Source of the DNA: Paragordius varius
Lineage: Eukaryota; Animalia; Nematomorpha
Reading direction: 5' to 3'
NCBI GenBank assembly: GCA_964247055.1
Contig: OZ176056.1
Span: 9,362,001 to 9,426,000, forward strand
DNA length: 64,000 bases
This document shows, one piece after another, positions 24,570-36,471 of the stretch (positions within the stretch are counted from its first letter, which is position 1; each line of letters opens with the position of its first letter). The notes below the pieces were generated by a model. It worked only from the letters and a program-made list of their open reading frames with translations. It ran no database searches and was not told where the DNA came from. The position numbers were made by a program, and so were the translations under genes.

Positions 24570-25630
24570 TTACGCCTTCACCCATATTTTTATTGTCGGA
24601 AATTGTAAATGTGAACGCTATTTATTAAACACTTGGATACTAAATATGCATTTCAGTCCTTCGATTCAAATTGGGATAGTTAGATCATCCAGGATTGTTT
24701 AAAATTAATTTCAAAAAAATGGAATAAATTGAACCATGGTAAAGTTTGCACTTTTATAACATTAATGAACCGAAATATAATAAAAAAATCCTTCAAATTT
24801 ACTTGATATTATTTACTCAGCGATCAAACCCAAAGGTACATAAATATCACATGAGTGCATAAGCTAAATATGAAAACAAAGCAAAATATACCACTTTTTC
24901 TGTATGTATTAATGTTAAATGTCATTTTTATAAATGTTAAACTTATTAGGCTTAAATCAAATAAACACGATATTGTACAAAAATGTTATAAAATAGAAAT
25001 GGCGTCGACAGATATGGATTTTTTTCAAAACTTAATTTTATTTCGATAGAAATATCAACTTGAATTAATGATCACATCCTTAAGACATGTAAAAATTGCT
25101 GAAAGATTTTTTGAGAAATTTAGTTTCGTTGAAATAATTGTGATTTTATTGAGCAGCAAAATAGAGGGTCCGCAAATCAAAAATATCTATCTCAATTTTT
25201 TATCTACCTGCGCTCAAATCAATGTGAGTAAGCATAAAACGCAAATTTTTCTTATACTACTTGGCCCACAACTGAACTAAGATATTCCTTAAACATCTGA
25301 ATTTATATTTTCCTTTCGGATATTATTGGTGCGCTGTAAAATGATTCGTAAGCGACCATACCAATATTATGACTTACATTTATACATCATTTATTCATCA
25401 AGACATTTGATCTAAACTGTGAATAATATGTTCCAAGAATACACCATCTTAAATATCCTTATTTTTTTGGAATTATTATTATTGACTAACAAATGTTTTT
25501 CAATATATTCAGTTAACAAAGTCCCGCCGTAAGTGTGATAGTATCAAAATTACGACGTAAAGACTCAAATAAATATTATAAATTTAAACTCCGTACTCTT
25601 TGAAATATAGGATAGGGTTTGCATGCAAAA
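24570..25630. repeat. Mosaic of dispersed repeat modules
   Basis: Segments match 15690-15740, 14338-14720, 16040-16250 and 20512-20790 (e.g. GATCTAAACTGTGAATAAT, AACAAAGTCC.GCCGTAAGT). Confidence 0.7.
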
Positions 25631-25632
25631 AT

Positions 25633-28600
25633 AAAAAGAGGACCTAAATTAAAATAGCTAGACGACTATGTTCGGCGCAATCGAAAATAACTAAATAAAA
25701 ATCATATTTGAAATTTAACGGTTCAACATGTTCTCCGGAAAATTGTCTCACAAGATTTTTGTGGACTTCTGTTTTCAAAAAACCCGTTTTTTACACGGGG
25801 TGAGCCCGAACTGGGGCCTATTTCAAAAAAGGGCGAAGCTATTGTCGGGCCATTCATTAATGATTATATTCTTTAGATGTTTTAATTTGAATGGGTCTAC
25901 CTGTTTTCCGGAAAGAGATAACAAAGCCACATGACGGATCAGTTTTTAGCGGGTAGCTCCTTACCGAGCAGCTATCATCAAAGAAAGCTTGAAAATTTTT
26001 GCCTTTTAACAGGGAATACGTAGAATAATTATCGATTTATTACGTTCTCAAACTTTTGACGAAAAATAAATTCAAAAAATTATTTTTGTGGACTTTGTTT
26101 ACTGAAAAAAGTGGCATTTTACGGGGTTAGCGGGTAAAAAGACGACTATGTTCGGCGCAATCGAAAATAACTAAATAAAAATCATATTTGAAATTGTCTG
26201 GAAAATTGTCTCAAAGACACGATTTTTGTGGACTTCTGTTTAAAAAAAAACCCGTTTTTACACGGGGTGGGCCCGATCTGAGGACCTATTTCAAAAAGAG
26301 GGCGAAGCTATTGTCGGGAATTTATTAATGATTATAATCTTTCTATATTTGAATTTGAATGGGTCTACCTGTTTTCCGGTATCAGATCACAAAGCCACAT
26401 GACGGATCAATTTCAGCGGGTAGCTCCTTACCCAGCAGCTATCGTCAAAGAAACGCTTGACTAAAATTTTAACCTTTAACAGGGAATACGTAGAATCCTT
26501 ATTGAATTATTACGGTCTCATACCTTTGGCAAAATATAGATTCAAAAAGTTATTTTTGTGGACATTGATTTTGAAAAAAATTGAATTTTACGGGGGGAGT
26601 GGGTAAAAAGCGGGCCTAAATTAAAAAAGCGAGATGACTATGTTCGGCGCAATCGAAAATAACTAAACAAATATCATATTTGAAATTGAATGGCATGTTT
26701 TACGGGAAATTGTCTCAAAGACACGAATTTGTCGATCCTGTATTCAAATAAACCGTTTTTTACACGGGGTGGGTTTGAACTGGGGGCCTATTTCAAAACC
26801 AGAGCGAAGCTATTGTCGGAGCATTCATTAATAATTATAATCTTTCGATATTTGAATTTGAATGGGTCTACCTTTCCGGTATCAGATCACAAAGCCACAT
26901 GACGGATCATTTTCAGCGGGTAGCTCCTCCAGCAGCTATCATCAAAGAAACGCTGACTAAAATCGGGGAATATGTAGAATCCTTATTGAATTATTACGGC
27001 TCATACCTTTGGCGAAAAATAGATTCAAAAAATTATTTTTGTGGACATTGTTTTTTGGAAAAATGCCATTTTAGGAGGGGAGCGGCTAAAAAGAGGGCCT
27101 AAATTAAAAAAGCGAGACTATGCTCGGCGCAATCGAAAATAACTAAACAAAAATCATATTTGAAATTGAATGGTCCAACATGTTCTCCGGAAAATTGTCT
27201 CAAAGACACGATTTTTGTGGGCTTCTGTTTTCAAAAAAACCCGTTTTTACACGGGGTGGGCCCGAACTGGGGGCCTATTTATAAAAAAGGCGAAGCTATT
27301 GTCGGGGCATTCATTAATGATTATAATCTTTCGATGTTTGAATTTGAATGGGTCTACCTGTTTTCCGGTATCAGATCACAAAGCCACATGACGGATCATT
27401 TTCAGCGGGTAGCTCTTTACCCAGCAGCTATCATCAAAGAAAGCTTCACTAAAATTTTTGCCTTTTAACAGGGAATACGTAGAATCCTTATTGAATAAAA
27501 ACGGTCTCACACCTTTGGCGAAAAATAGATTCAAATAATTATTTTTGTGGACTTTGTTTACTGTAATAAGTGGCATTTTACGGGGTCAGCGGTTAAAAAG
27601 ACGACTATGTTCGGCGCAATCGAAAATAACTAAACAAAAATCATATTTGAAATTGAATGGTCCAACATGTTCTCCGGAAAACTGTCTCAAAGACACGATT
27701 TTTGTGGACTTCTGTTTTCAAAAAACCCGTTTTTACACGGGGTAAGCCCGAACTGGGGGCTTATTTATAAAAAGGGCAAAGCTATTGTCGGGGCATTCAT
27801 TAATGATTATAATCTTTCGATGTATGAATGTGAATGGGTCTATGTTTCCTGGAAACAGATAACAAACCCACATGATCAGTTTTTAGCGGGTAGCCACTTA
27901 CCCAGCAGCTATCATCAAAGAAGGCTTGACAAAAAGATTTGCCTTTTAACAGGTAATACGTAAAATCCTTATTGAATTAAAACGGTCTCACACCTTTGGC
28001 GAAAAATAGATTCAAAAAATTATTTTTTTGGACTTTGTTTATTGAAATAAGTGGCATTTTACAGGGTCAGCGGTTTAAAAGACGACTATGTTCGGCGCAA
28101 TCGAAAATAACTAAATAAAAATCATATTTGAAATTCAATGATCCAACATGTTCTCCACACGATTTTTGTGGACTTCTGTTTTCAAAAAAACCCGTTTTTA
28201 CACGGGGTGGGCCCGAACTGGCGACCTATTTCAAAAAAAGGGCGAAGCTATTGTCGGGGAATTCATTAATGATTATAATCTTTCGATGTTTGAATTTGAA
28301 TGGGTCTATATGTTTCGTGGAAACAGATAACAAACCCACATGATCAGTTTTTAGCGGGTAGCTCCTTACTCAGCAGCTATCATCAAAGAAGGCTTGACTA
28401 AAAGATTTGCCTTTTAACAGGTAATACGTAAAATCCTTATTGAATTAAAACGGTCTCACACCTTTGGCGAAAAATAGATTCAAAAAATTATTTTTGTGTA
28501 CTTTGTTTACTGAAATAAGTGGCATTTTACGGGGTCAGCGCGTAAAAAGACGACTATGTTCGGCGCAATCGAAAATAACTAAACGAAAATCATGTTATTG

Positions 28601-31600
28601 AATGGTCCAACACGTTCTCCGGAAAATTGTCGTAAAGACACGATTTTCGTGGACTTTGTTTTCAAAAAAAACCTGTTTTTACACGGGGTGGGCCCGAACT
28701 GGGGACCTATTTCAAAAAAAGGGCGAAGCTATTGTCGGGGCATGCATTAATGATTATAATCTTTCGATGTTTGAATTTGAATGGGTCTATATGTTTCCCG
28801 GAAACAGATAACAAACCCACATGACGGATCAGTTTTTAGCGGGTAGCTCCTCCAGCAGCTATCATCAAAGAAACGCTTAACTAAAATCGGAAAATACGTA
28901 GAATCCTTATTGATTAAAACGGTCTGACCACACCTTTGGCGAAAAAGAGATTCAAAAAATTATTTTTGTGGACTTTGTTTACTGAAATAAGTGGCATTTT
29001 ACGGGGTCAGCGGTTAAAAAGACGACTATGTTCGGCGCAATCGAAAATAACTAAATAAAAATCATATTTGAAATTGAAATAATCCCAACATGTTCTCCAC
29101 ACGATTTTTGTGGACTTCTGTTTTCAAAAAAACCCGTTTTTACACGGGGTGGGCCCGAACTGGCGACCTATTTCAAAAAAAGGGCGAAGCTATTGTCGGG
29201 GCATTCATTAATGATTATAATCTTTCGATGTTTGAATTTGAATGGGTCTATATGTTTCCTGGAAAGAGATAACAAACTCACATGATCAGTTTTTAGCGGG
29301 TAGCTAGTTACCCAGCAGCTATCATCAAAGAAAGCTTCACTAAAATTTTTGCCTTATAACAGGGAATACGTAGAATCCTTGTTGAATTATTACAGTCTCA
29401 TACCATTGGCGAAAAATAGATTCAAAAAATTATTTTTGTGACTTTGTTTTTTGAAAATGGCATTTTACGGGGGGAGCGGGTAAAAAGAGGACCTAAATTA
29501 AAAAAGCGAGACTATGCTCGGCGCAATCGAAAATAACTAAACAAAAATCATATTTGAAATTGAAATGATTCAACACGTTCTCCGGAAAATTGTCTGTGGA
29601 CTTCTGTTTTCAAAAAAACCCGTTTTTACACGGGGTGGGTCCGAACTGGCGACCTATTTAAAAAAAGGGCGAAGCTATTGTCGGGGCATGCATTAATGAT
29701 TATAATCTTTCGATGTTTGAATTTGAATGGGTCTATATGTTTCCTGGAAAGAGATAACAAACTCACATGATCAGTTTTTAGCGGGTAGCTCCTTACCCAG
29801 CAGCTATCATCAAAGAAGGCTTGACCAAAATTTTTGCCTTTTAACAGGGAATAAGTAGAATCCTTATTGAATTATTACGGTCATACCTTTGGCGAAAAAT
29901 AGATTCAAAAAATTATTTTTGTGGACTGTTTTTTGAAAAAATGGCATTTTAGGGGAAGCGGGTAAAAAGATAGCCTAAATTCAAAAAGCGAGACGACTAT
30001 GTTCGGCGCAATCGAAAATAACTAATAAAAATCATATTTGAAATTGAATGGTTGAACATGCTCCGGAAAATTGTCTGTGGACTTCTGTTTTTAAAAAAAC
30101 TGTATTTCAGGTGGGCCCGAACTGGGCTATTTCAAAAAAAAGGCGAAGCTATTGTCGAGGCATTCATTGTAATGATCATAATATTTCGATGTTTGAATTT
30201 GAATGGGTCTACCTTATTTTCCGGGAACAGATAACAAACCCATATGACGGATCAGTTTTTAGCGGGTAGCTCCTCTAGCAGCTATCATCAAAGAAACGCT
30301 TGACTAAAATCGGGGAATACGTAGAATCCTTATTGAATTAAAACGGTCTCACACCTTTGGCGAAAAATAGATTCAAAAAATTATTTTTGTGGACTTTGTT
30401 TACTGAAATAAGTGGCATTTTACGGGGTCAGCGGTTAAAAAGACGACTATGTACGGCGCAATCGAAAATAACTAAATAAAAATCATATTTGAAATTGAAA
30501 TAATCCCAACATGTTCTCCACACGATTTTTGTGGACTTCTGTTTTCAAAAAAACCCGTTTTTACACGGGGTGGGCCCGAACTGGCGACCTATTTCAAAAA
30601 AAGGGCGAAGCTATTGTCGGGGCATTCATTAATGATTATAATCTTTCGATGTTTGAATTTGAATGGGTCTATATGTTTCCTGGAAAGAGATAACAAACTC
30701 ACATGATCAGTTTTTAGCGTAGCTAGTTACCCAGCAGCTATCATCAAAGAAAGCTTCACTAAAATTTTTGCCTTATAACAGGGAATACGTAGAATCCTTG
30801 TTGAATTATTACAGTCTCATACCATTGGCGAAAAATAGATTCAAAAAATTATTTTTGTGACTTTGTTTTTTGAAAATGGCATTTTACGGGGGGAGCGGGT
30901 AAAAAGAGGACCTAAATTAAAAAAGCGAGACTATGCTCGGCGCGATCGAAAATAACTAAACAAAAATCATATTTGAAATTGAAATGATTCAACACGTTCT
31001 CCGGAAAATTGTCTGTGGACTTCTGTTTTCAAAAAAACCCGTTTTTACACGGGGTGGGCCCGAACTGGCGACCTATTTAAAAAAAGTGCGAAGCTATTGT
31101 CGGGGCATGCATTAATGATTATAATCTTTCGATGTTTGAATTTGAATGGGTCTATATGTTTCCTGGAAAGAGATAACAAACTCACATGATCAGTTTTTAG
31201 CGGGTAGCTCCTTACCCAGCAGCTATCATCAAAGAAGGCTTGACCAAAATTTTTGCCTTTTAACAGGTAATACGTAAAATCCTTATTGAATTAAAACGGT
31301 CTCACACCTTTGGCGAAAAACAGATTCAAAATATTATTTTTGTGGACTTTGTTTACTGTAATAAGTGGCATTTTACGGGGTCAGCCGGTAAAAAGACGAC
31401 TATGTACTGCGCAATCGAAAATAACTAAATAAAAATCATATTTGAAATTGAATGGTCCAACATGTTCTCCACACGATTTTTGTGGACTTCTGTTTTTCAA
31501 AAAAACCCGTTTTTACACGGGGTGGGCCCGAACTGGGGACCTATTTCAAAAAAAGGGCGAAGCTATTGTCGGGGCATTCATTAATGAATATAATCTTTCA

Positions 31601-31878
31601 ATGTTTGAATTTGAATGGGTCTACCTGTTTTCCGGAAACAGATAACAAACAAACATGATCAGTTTTTAGCGGGTAGCTTCTTACCCAGCAGCTATCATCA
31701 AAGAAAGCTTCACTAAAATTTTTGCCTTTTAATAGGGAATACGTAGAATCCTTATTGAATTATTACGGTCTCATGCCTTTGGCGAAAAATAGATTCAAAA
31801 AATTATTTTTGTGGACTTCTGTTTTCAAAAAAACCCTTGGGGTCGTCCCGAACTGGGGGCCTATTTAAAAGGGCGAAG
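25633..31878 (-). repeat. Tandem satellite array 2: about 13 monomers of ~455-495 bp, same family as array 1 but inverted, with a ~1.42-kb trimeric higher-order repeat
   Basis: CAGCTATCATCAAAG (reverse complement of the array-1 marker) recurs about every 470 bp from ~25970 to ~31690. Identical 60-aa ORFs at 29090 and 30511 (offset 1421). Confidence 0.95.
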
Positions 31879-32534
31879 GTATATTAAAATTGATTAAATT
31901 AAAGAGGAAAAGACTATGAGAACACGTAAAAAAATAATAATTAGTTAATAAATTTTTATAAAATTAAATTGATTAAATTTAAGATGAAAAGACTATGGGT
32001 AGAAAAAAAGAATAAAATAATTAGTTAATAAATTTAAAAAAAGTTAAAAATTTGATGTGTGTACTACGTATTTTGACAGAAGGGTTCATTAAAATGAACT
32101 CATATTTGGTACCTAATTCCATTTTTATATTTTACTTATGTTAATACAGTAGTTTATAATATAAAATAAATTTTGGCCGTATTTAAATATTTAATTATGG
32201 TTGTAAGATATAAAAATATGTAAATATAACTATTTGAAGTTTTCATCGATACCCTACTATCGCCAAACGGGAGCCAAAAATAATGTAATTGACCACCAAT
32301 AATATGCATACGGTAAATATATTTATAAATCTGTTGCTCGCCTGTCAAAATACCTAGTACACACATCAAATTTTTAACTTTTTTTAAATTTATTAACTAA
32401 TTATTTTGTTCTTTTTTGTACCCATAATCTTTTCATCTTAAATTAATTTTAATTTATAATAATTTATTAACTAATTATTTTTTTTACGTGTACCCATAGT
32501 CTTTTCATCTAAAATTTAATCAATTTTAATATAC
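31879..32534. mobile_element. Foldback/MITE with ~200-bp inverted arms
   Basis: Arms 31879-32079 and 32342-32534 (GTATATTAAAATTGATTAAATT ... AATTTAATCAATTTTAATATAC). Each arm holds two ~79-bp subrepeats. Spacer ~260 bp. Confidence 0.85.
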
Positions 32535-33549
32535 TTTAATAATATCTGTATTTAATATTCTTTATTCAGCCTATATAATTATTGATGGATCACACCTATG
32601 GTAAAATTTTATTTCACCTTTAGATTTCTATGATGATTGTGCAGAAAATCGTTCAATTATACTCTCACCATCATTCTCACCGTCATCGCCATCTTCATCT
32701 GTATGTTTAGACAACAACCAAGAAGATACGATTCATCAAAAAAAACGTATATACATTTCAAATTATATTATATTCAATAATACCATTGTGCTAGCTCTAG
32801 TATCTTTTTGTGTTTTTATGCGACATAGTTTCCTTTAAATAATTTTGCATATATTTTTAAAACTTATATCGTGGTTTGAGATCGACGTTATTTAATATAA
32901 TTATTTCAAGTGGGGAGAGTCAAGATATTTTATTTCACAAATTTATGTGAAAATCTTGCCAAATGTAATATATTTACATATGCAAATTGATAGTCCTTCC
33001 TCTTTATTTTAATAAAGGTATATTAGCTGCATTTTTCCGATTAAATCAATAACTTTTTAAAAATTTAATAAAATAATATAATTAATTATCTGTTATTAAA
33101 TATATGAATTGTTTATTCAACTATCTAAAATAATAAATTATTTGGGAATATTTGGTTAAGGCAAAGGAAGTTGGACAAATGAAAAGGAAATTGCGCTAAG
33201 AGCCTTTTCAGTAATCCGTCCACTTCGAATAATACCATGACGGACAATATAAACATTTTAAAAATGTCCAGATTAACAATTTATAAATATCGTAGGCGAT
33301 TGAACGTCGGCCTTCACATCCCACCTTATTTAATCGTCTGCTTATTGAGCTTATACGGTAAGATGTTTAAAAATTAGCAGAGTCTCATCATCTCGTTAAT
33401 TGAAAGTTGTTTCACGTAACAACATAATAAAGAGAGTTGATATATTAACTAATCTAAAAATACAGTCAGGGTAGAAGCCCATTAGAGTATTGATATTTTC
33501 GATTTAACCTTATTGTAAGATTATTACGCACATGTAGGAATCGTTGCAT

Positions 33550-35640
33550 GTTGTTGTTTGCTAAGGTCGATTCCGACTAACTGCAACATTGAAAATAAAG
33601 CTTCTCCATTCACTGCGATTACCGGATCTGGTGTTTAGTTCGGATAATGATTGGCTGGTTTCTTTGAGGATGTTATCCATCCAACGAGTTTGTCTTCACC
33701 CTCTTTTACGAGCACCACTCACTTTTCCCAGCATCAGTGATTTTTCAAGTGAGTTGGATCTTATGATGTGCCCGAAGAAGGAGAGTTTTTGCCGTATTAA
33801 GCTGCCTAGAAGTGACATTTCTGGGTTAATTTTATTTAGAATGGTGGTGTTTGAAACTTTGTCCATTTTGTTTGAAAAAGTTTCCTCCAAACCCATAATT
33901 CGAAAGAGTTTATTTGACGTTCGTCATATTTTTTCAGTGTCCAGCTTTCCCCCCATATATAAATGTGGGAAAAACTGTAGCTTTGATTAATCTGATTTTG
34001 GTTTGTAGTTTAATGTCATGTGACATTTAACTGTTATATTTAAAAGTTACTGCTTTAGCAATAGCAATTCTTCGCTTTATTTCTGGCGTAGAGTTGTTCT
34101 CACTATTAATGATGCTACCTAAGTACGTGTAGCTACTAACTGTTTCGAGCTGGTTGCCGTTGAGGATTATTGGATTGGTTTGAGCAGGATTTATTTGCAT
34201 GAGATATTTAATCCAAATTTAATCCATTCAGTTGTAAGCACTTGCAAGGCTTGCGATAATGTGTCTACACTGTCTGCGAATAAGACTGTATCATCCGTGT
34301 AGTGAAGAACGGATGTAAGTAGGTTACCACCTACATTGATGCCATAAGTTTGTGGGATGTTTCTTATAATTCACCCCAGGTATGCTTTAAAAAGAATTGG
34401 TGATAAAACGCATCCTTGACGGAGGCCGACTTGTACCTTACATGAGTCTGATATACCGTGAGGTTTAGATATTACAGCCGTGGAATTTAAGTAAATTAAG
34501 AATATGACGTTGATTAGATGTGTTGACACTTCAAATTGTTTTAGAGCTTTCCGTAGTTTATTGTGCTGGATGGAATCAAATGCTTTGGAAAAATCGACAA
34601 AGCACATATGCAATTCTTTGTTCGATGTGTTTCTCGATTATCCACCTCATATTACATATCATATCTCGGCATCCTCTACCTTTTAGAAAACCAGCCTGAA
34701 TCGTGGATATCTCGGGATCAAGAATGGTATTTAGTCGAAACTGTATTATTTTTAGGAAAACTTTGGACACCTGGTTTATGAGCGCTATGGTGCGATAGTT
34801 GTCGCACAGTTCTGGATTACCCTTTTTTAAAATCGGAATCATAATGGATGTACACCAATCCTCAGGGATTTTTCCATCTCAAATATGGTTTGAAATAATT
34901 TGGTGAGTATGTCGATTGGAATATATTTTATTATTTCAGTAGGGATGTCTCTGTGGCCCTCTGATTTGCCGGTGCTAGAGTGTTTTATCGCGAGTTCCAC
35001 TTCTTCTTTCATAATAGCTGGTTCTTTTTGTTGAGCAAGTTCGTTAATAGTCGGGGGATTATTTACATTGTAAGTTTGCGAATTTCGTCTTTTTCAGTGA
35101 CGATTGAGTTGTTGTCGTTTCTTATAGGTCCCTTGTAAAAAACTTTTTTGTGTGGATTAATATTGTTTGCATGGGCAAAAAGGTTTCGGTTATTTTTGGC
35201 GTTTGTTTCTAATTTTTCACATAGTTGGTCATAATACTTATTTTTGTCTTCTCTTGCACTCTTCTGAAATTCACTGTTTAGTTGTTTGTATTCATCCCAT
35301 TTGCATTTGATTTTGGATTCTCTACGTTTTTCTGCGATCTCGAGACTTTTGGTTGACAATTTTATTTTTTTTTAATGCGTTTATGAGGCCGAATAAATTC
35401 GTCGGCTGTGACTCTGCAGATTGTATATATATAGCTTTCCAAAAGAAGTTTATATCCTGATAGTTTTCGGAATTATGATCAGGACAATCGAAACGATTTG
35501 ATAAAGCGGTGCTAAACTTGTCGTCGATTGTAACATAATCTAATCTTGTTCTTGTGGGTTTGGATGTTTTAGGAAGTTGTAATTTAATGCAGAGTTTGGC
35601 GATCAATAGGTTGTGGTCGCTGTAGCAATCCGATCCTGGT
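33550..35640 (-). mobile_element. Second RTE-like LINE copy, 5'-truncated and frameshifted
   Basis: Closely similar to 1-1250 in reverse complement (GLRQGCVLSPILF, SNTTILNKINPEMSLLGSL). (CAA)n tail at 33550-33560. Extends upstream to the SDH motif at the end of the endonuclease domain (~35620). Several indels. Confidence 0.92.
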
Positions 35641-36471
35641 AGAAACCAAGATTAATAAGATGAAAATTTGGAATATTATTATTTTTGAATAAAGAGTTTT
35701 TTTTAAATGAGTATAGTTATAATAATATGTTTAATATTTTACATGAAACAATTAGGCGATTGGTGTTAATAATGTAAAAGAGAAATTTTGCCTTATTTTT
35801 AGTTAAATAAAATGAGAGATTTATTTAATCCTATTCATTTAATATCTTAGTTAATGTTAAATAAAAAATGGTTTATTTAAAAGTCGGTTCAAATGCTATG
35901 TTATAGTTTTAAAACTTTTTAAACATACATAGTAAACATTAGCAGACTAGAATTCATGGGGTTATTTTTTATCAATATTATGGATGAGGTCTCCTCTTCA
36001 TATCCTATTATATTTCGGATTTATGTCCGTATAAAAAAATTTGTCCGCAAATTAAAAATTTTAATTTTTTGATTTTAACCCTATATCTGTTATAAAAAAA
36101 TTATGTTTGTTTGTTTAAAAATTCGTCCGGATAATTACATATTTTACTGTACACTTATTACCTACCTTTTATTCATATATCTGGCCATTTGATTTTTATA
36201 ATAAATTATGTTTGATTTAGTTGATATTTCGTTGTAAAATGAACTGAATAAAATTATCTGTATATCGTTAATTTATTCTATAACAATCATATATATAATC
36301 GCAATCTATGATAAAATTTTTTATATAAAAATATTGATATATTTTCCATAAATATGACTATGATAAAACTATTTAAACGGTTTTTGTTTAAGAGTTGATT
36401 GAGCAATTTTCGTTCATTGCAATTAGATTTAAAAAATAAATCCAGATTTGTGCATAGACGTAGAGAAATCT

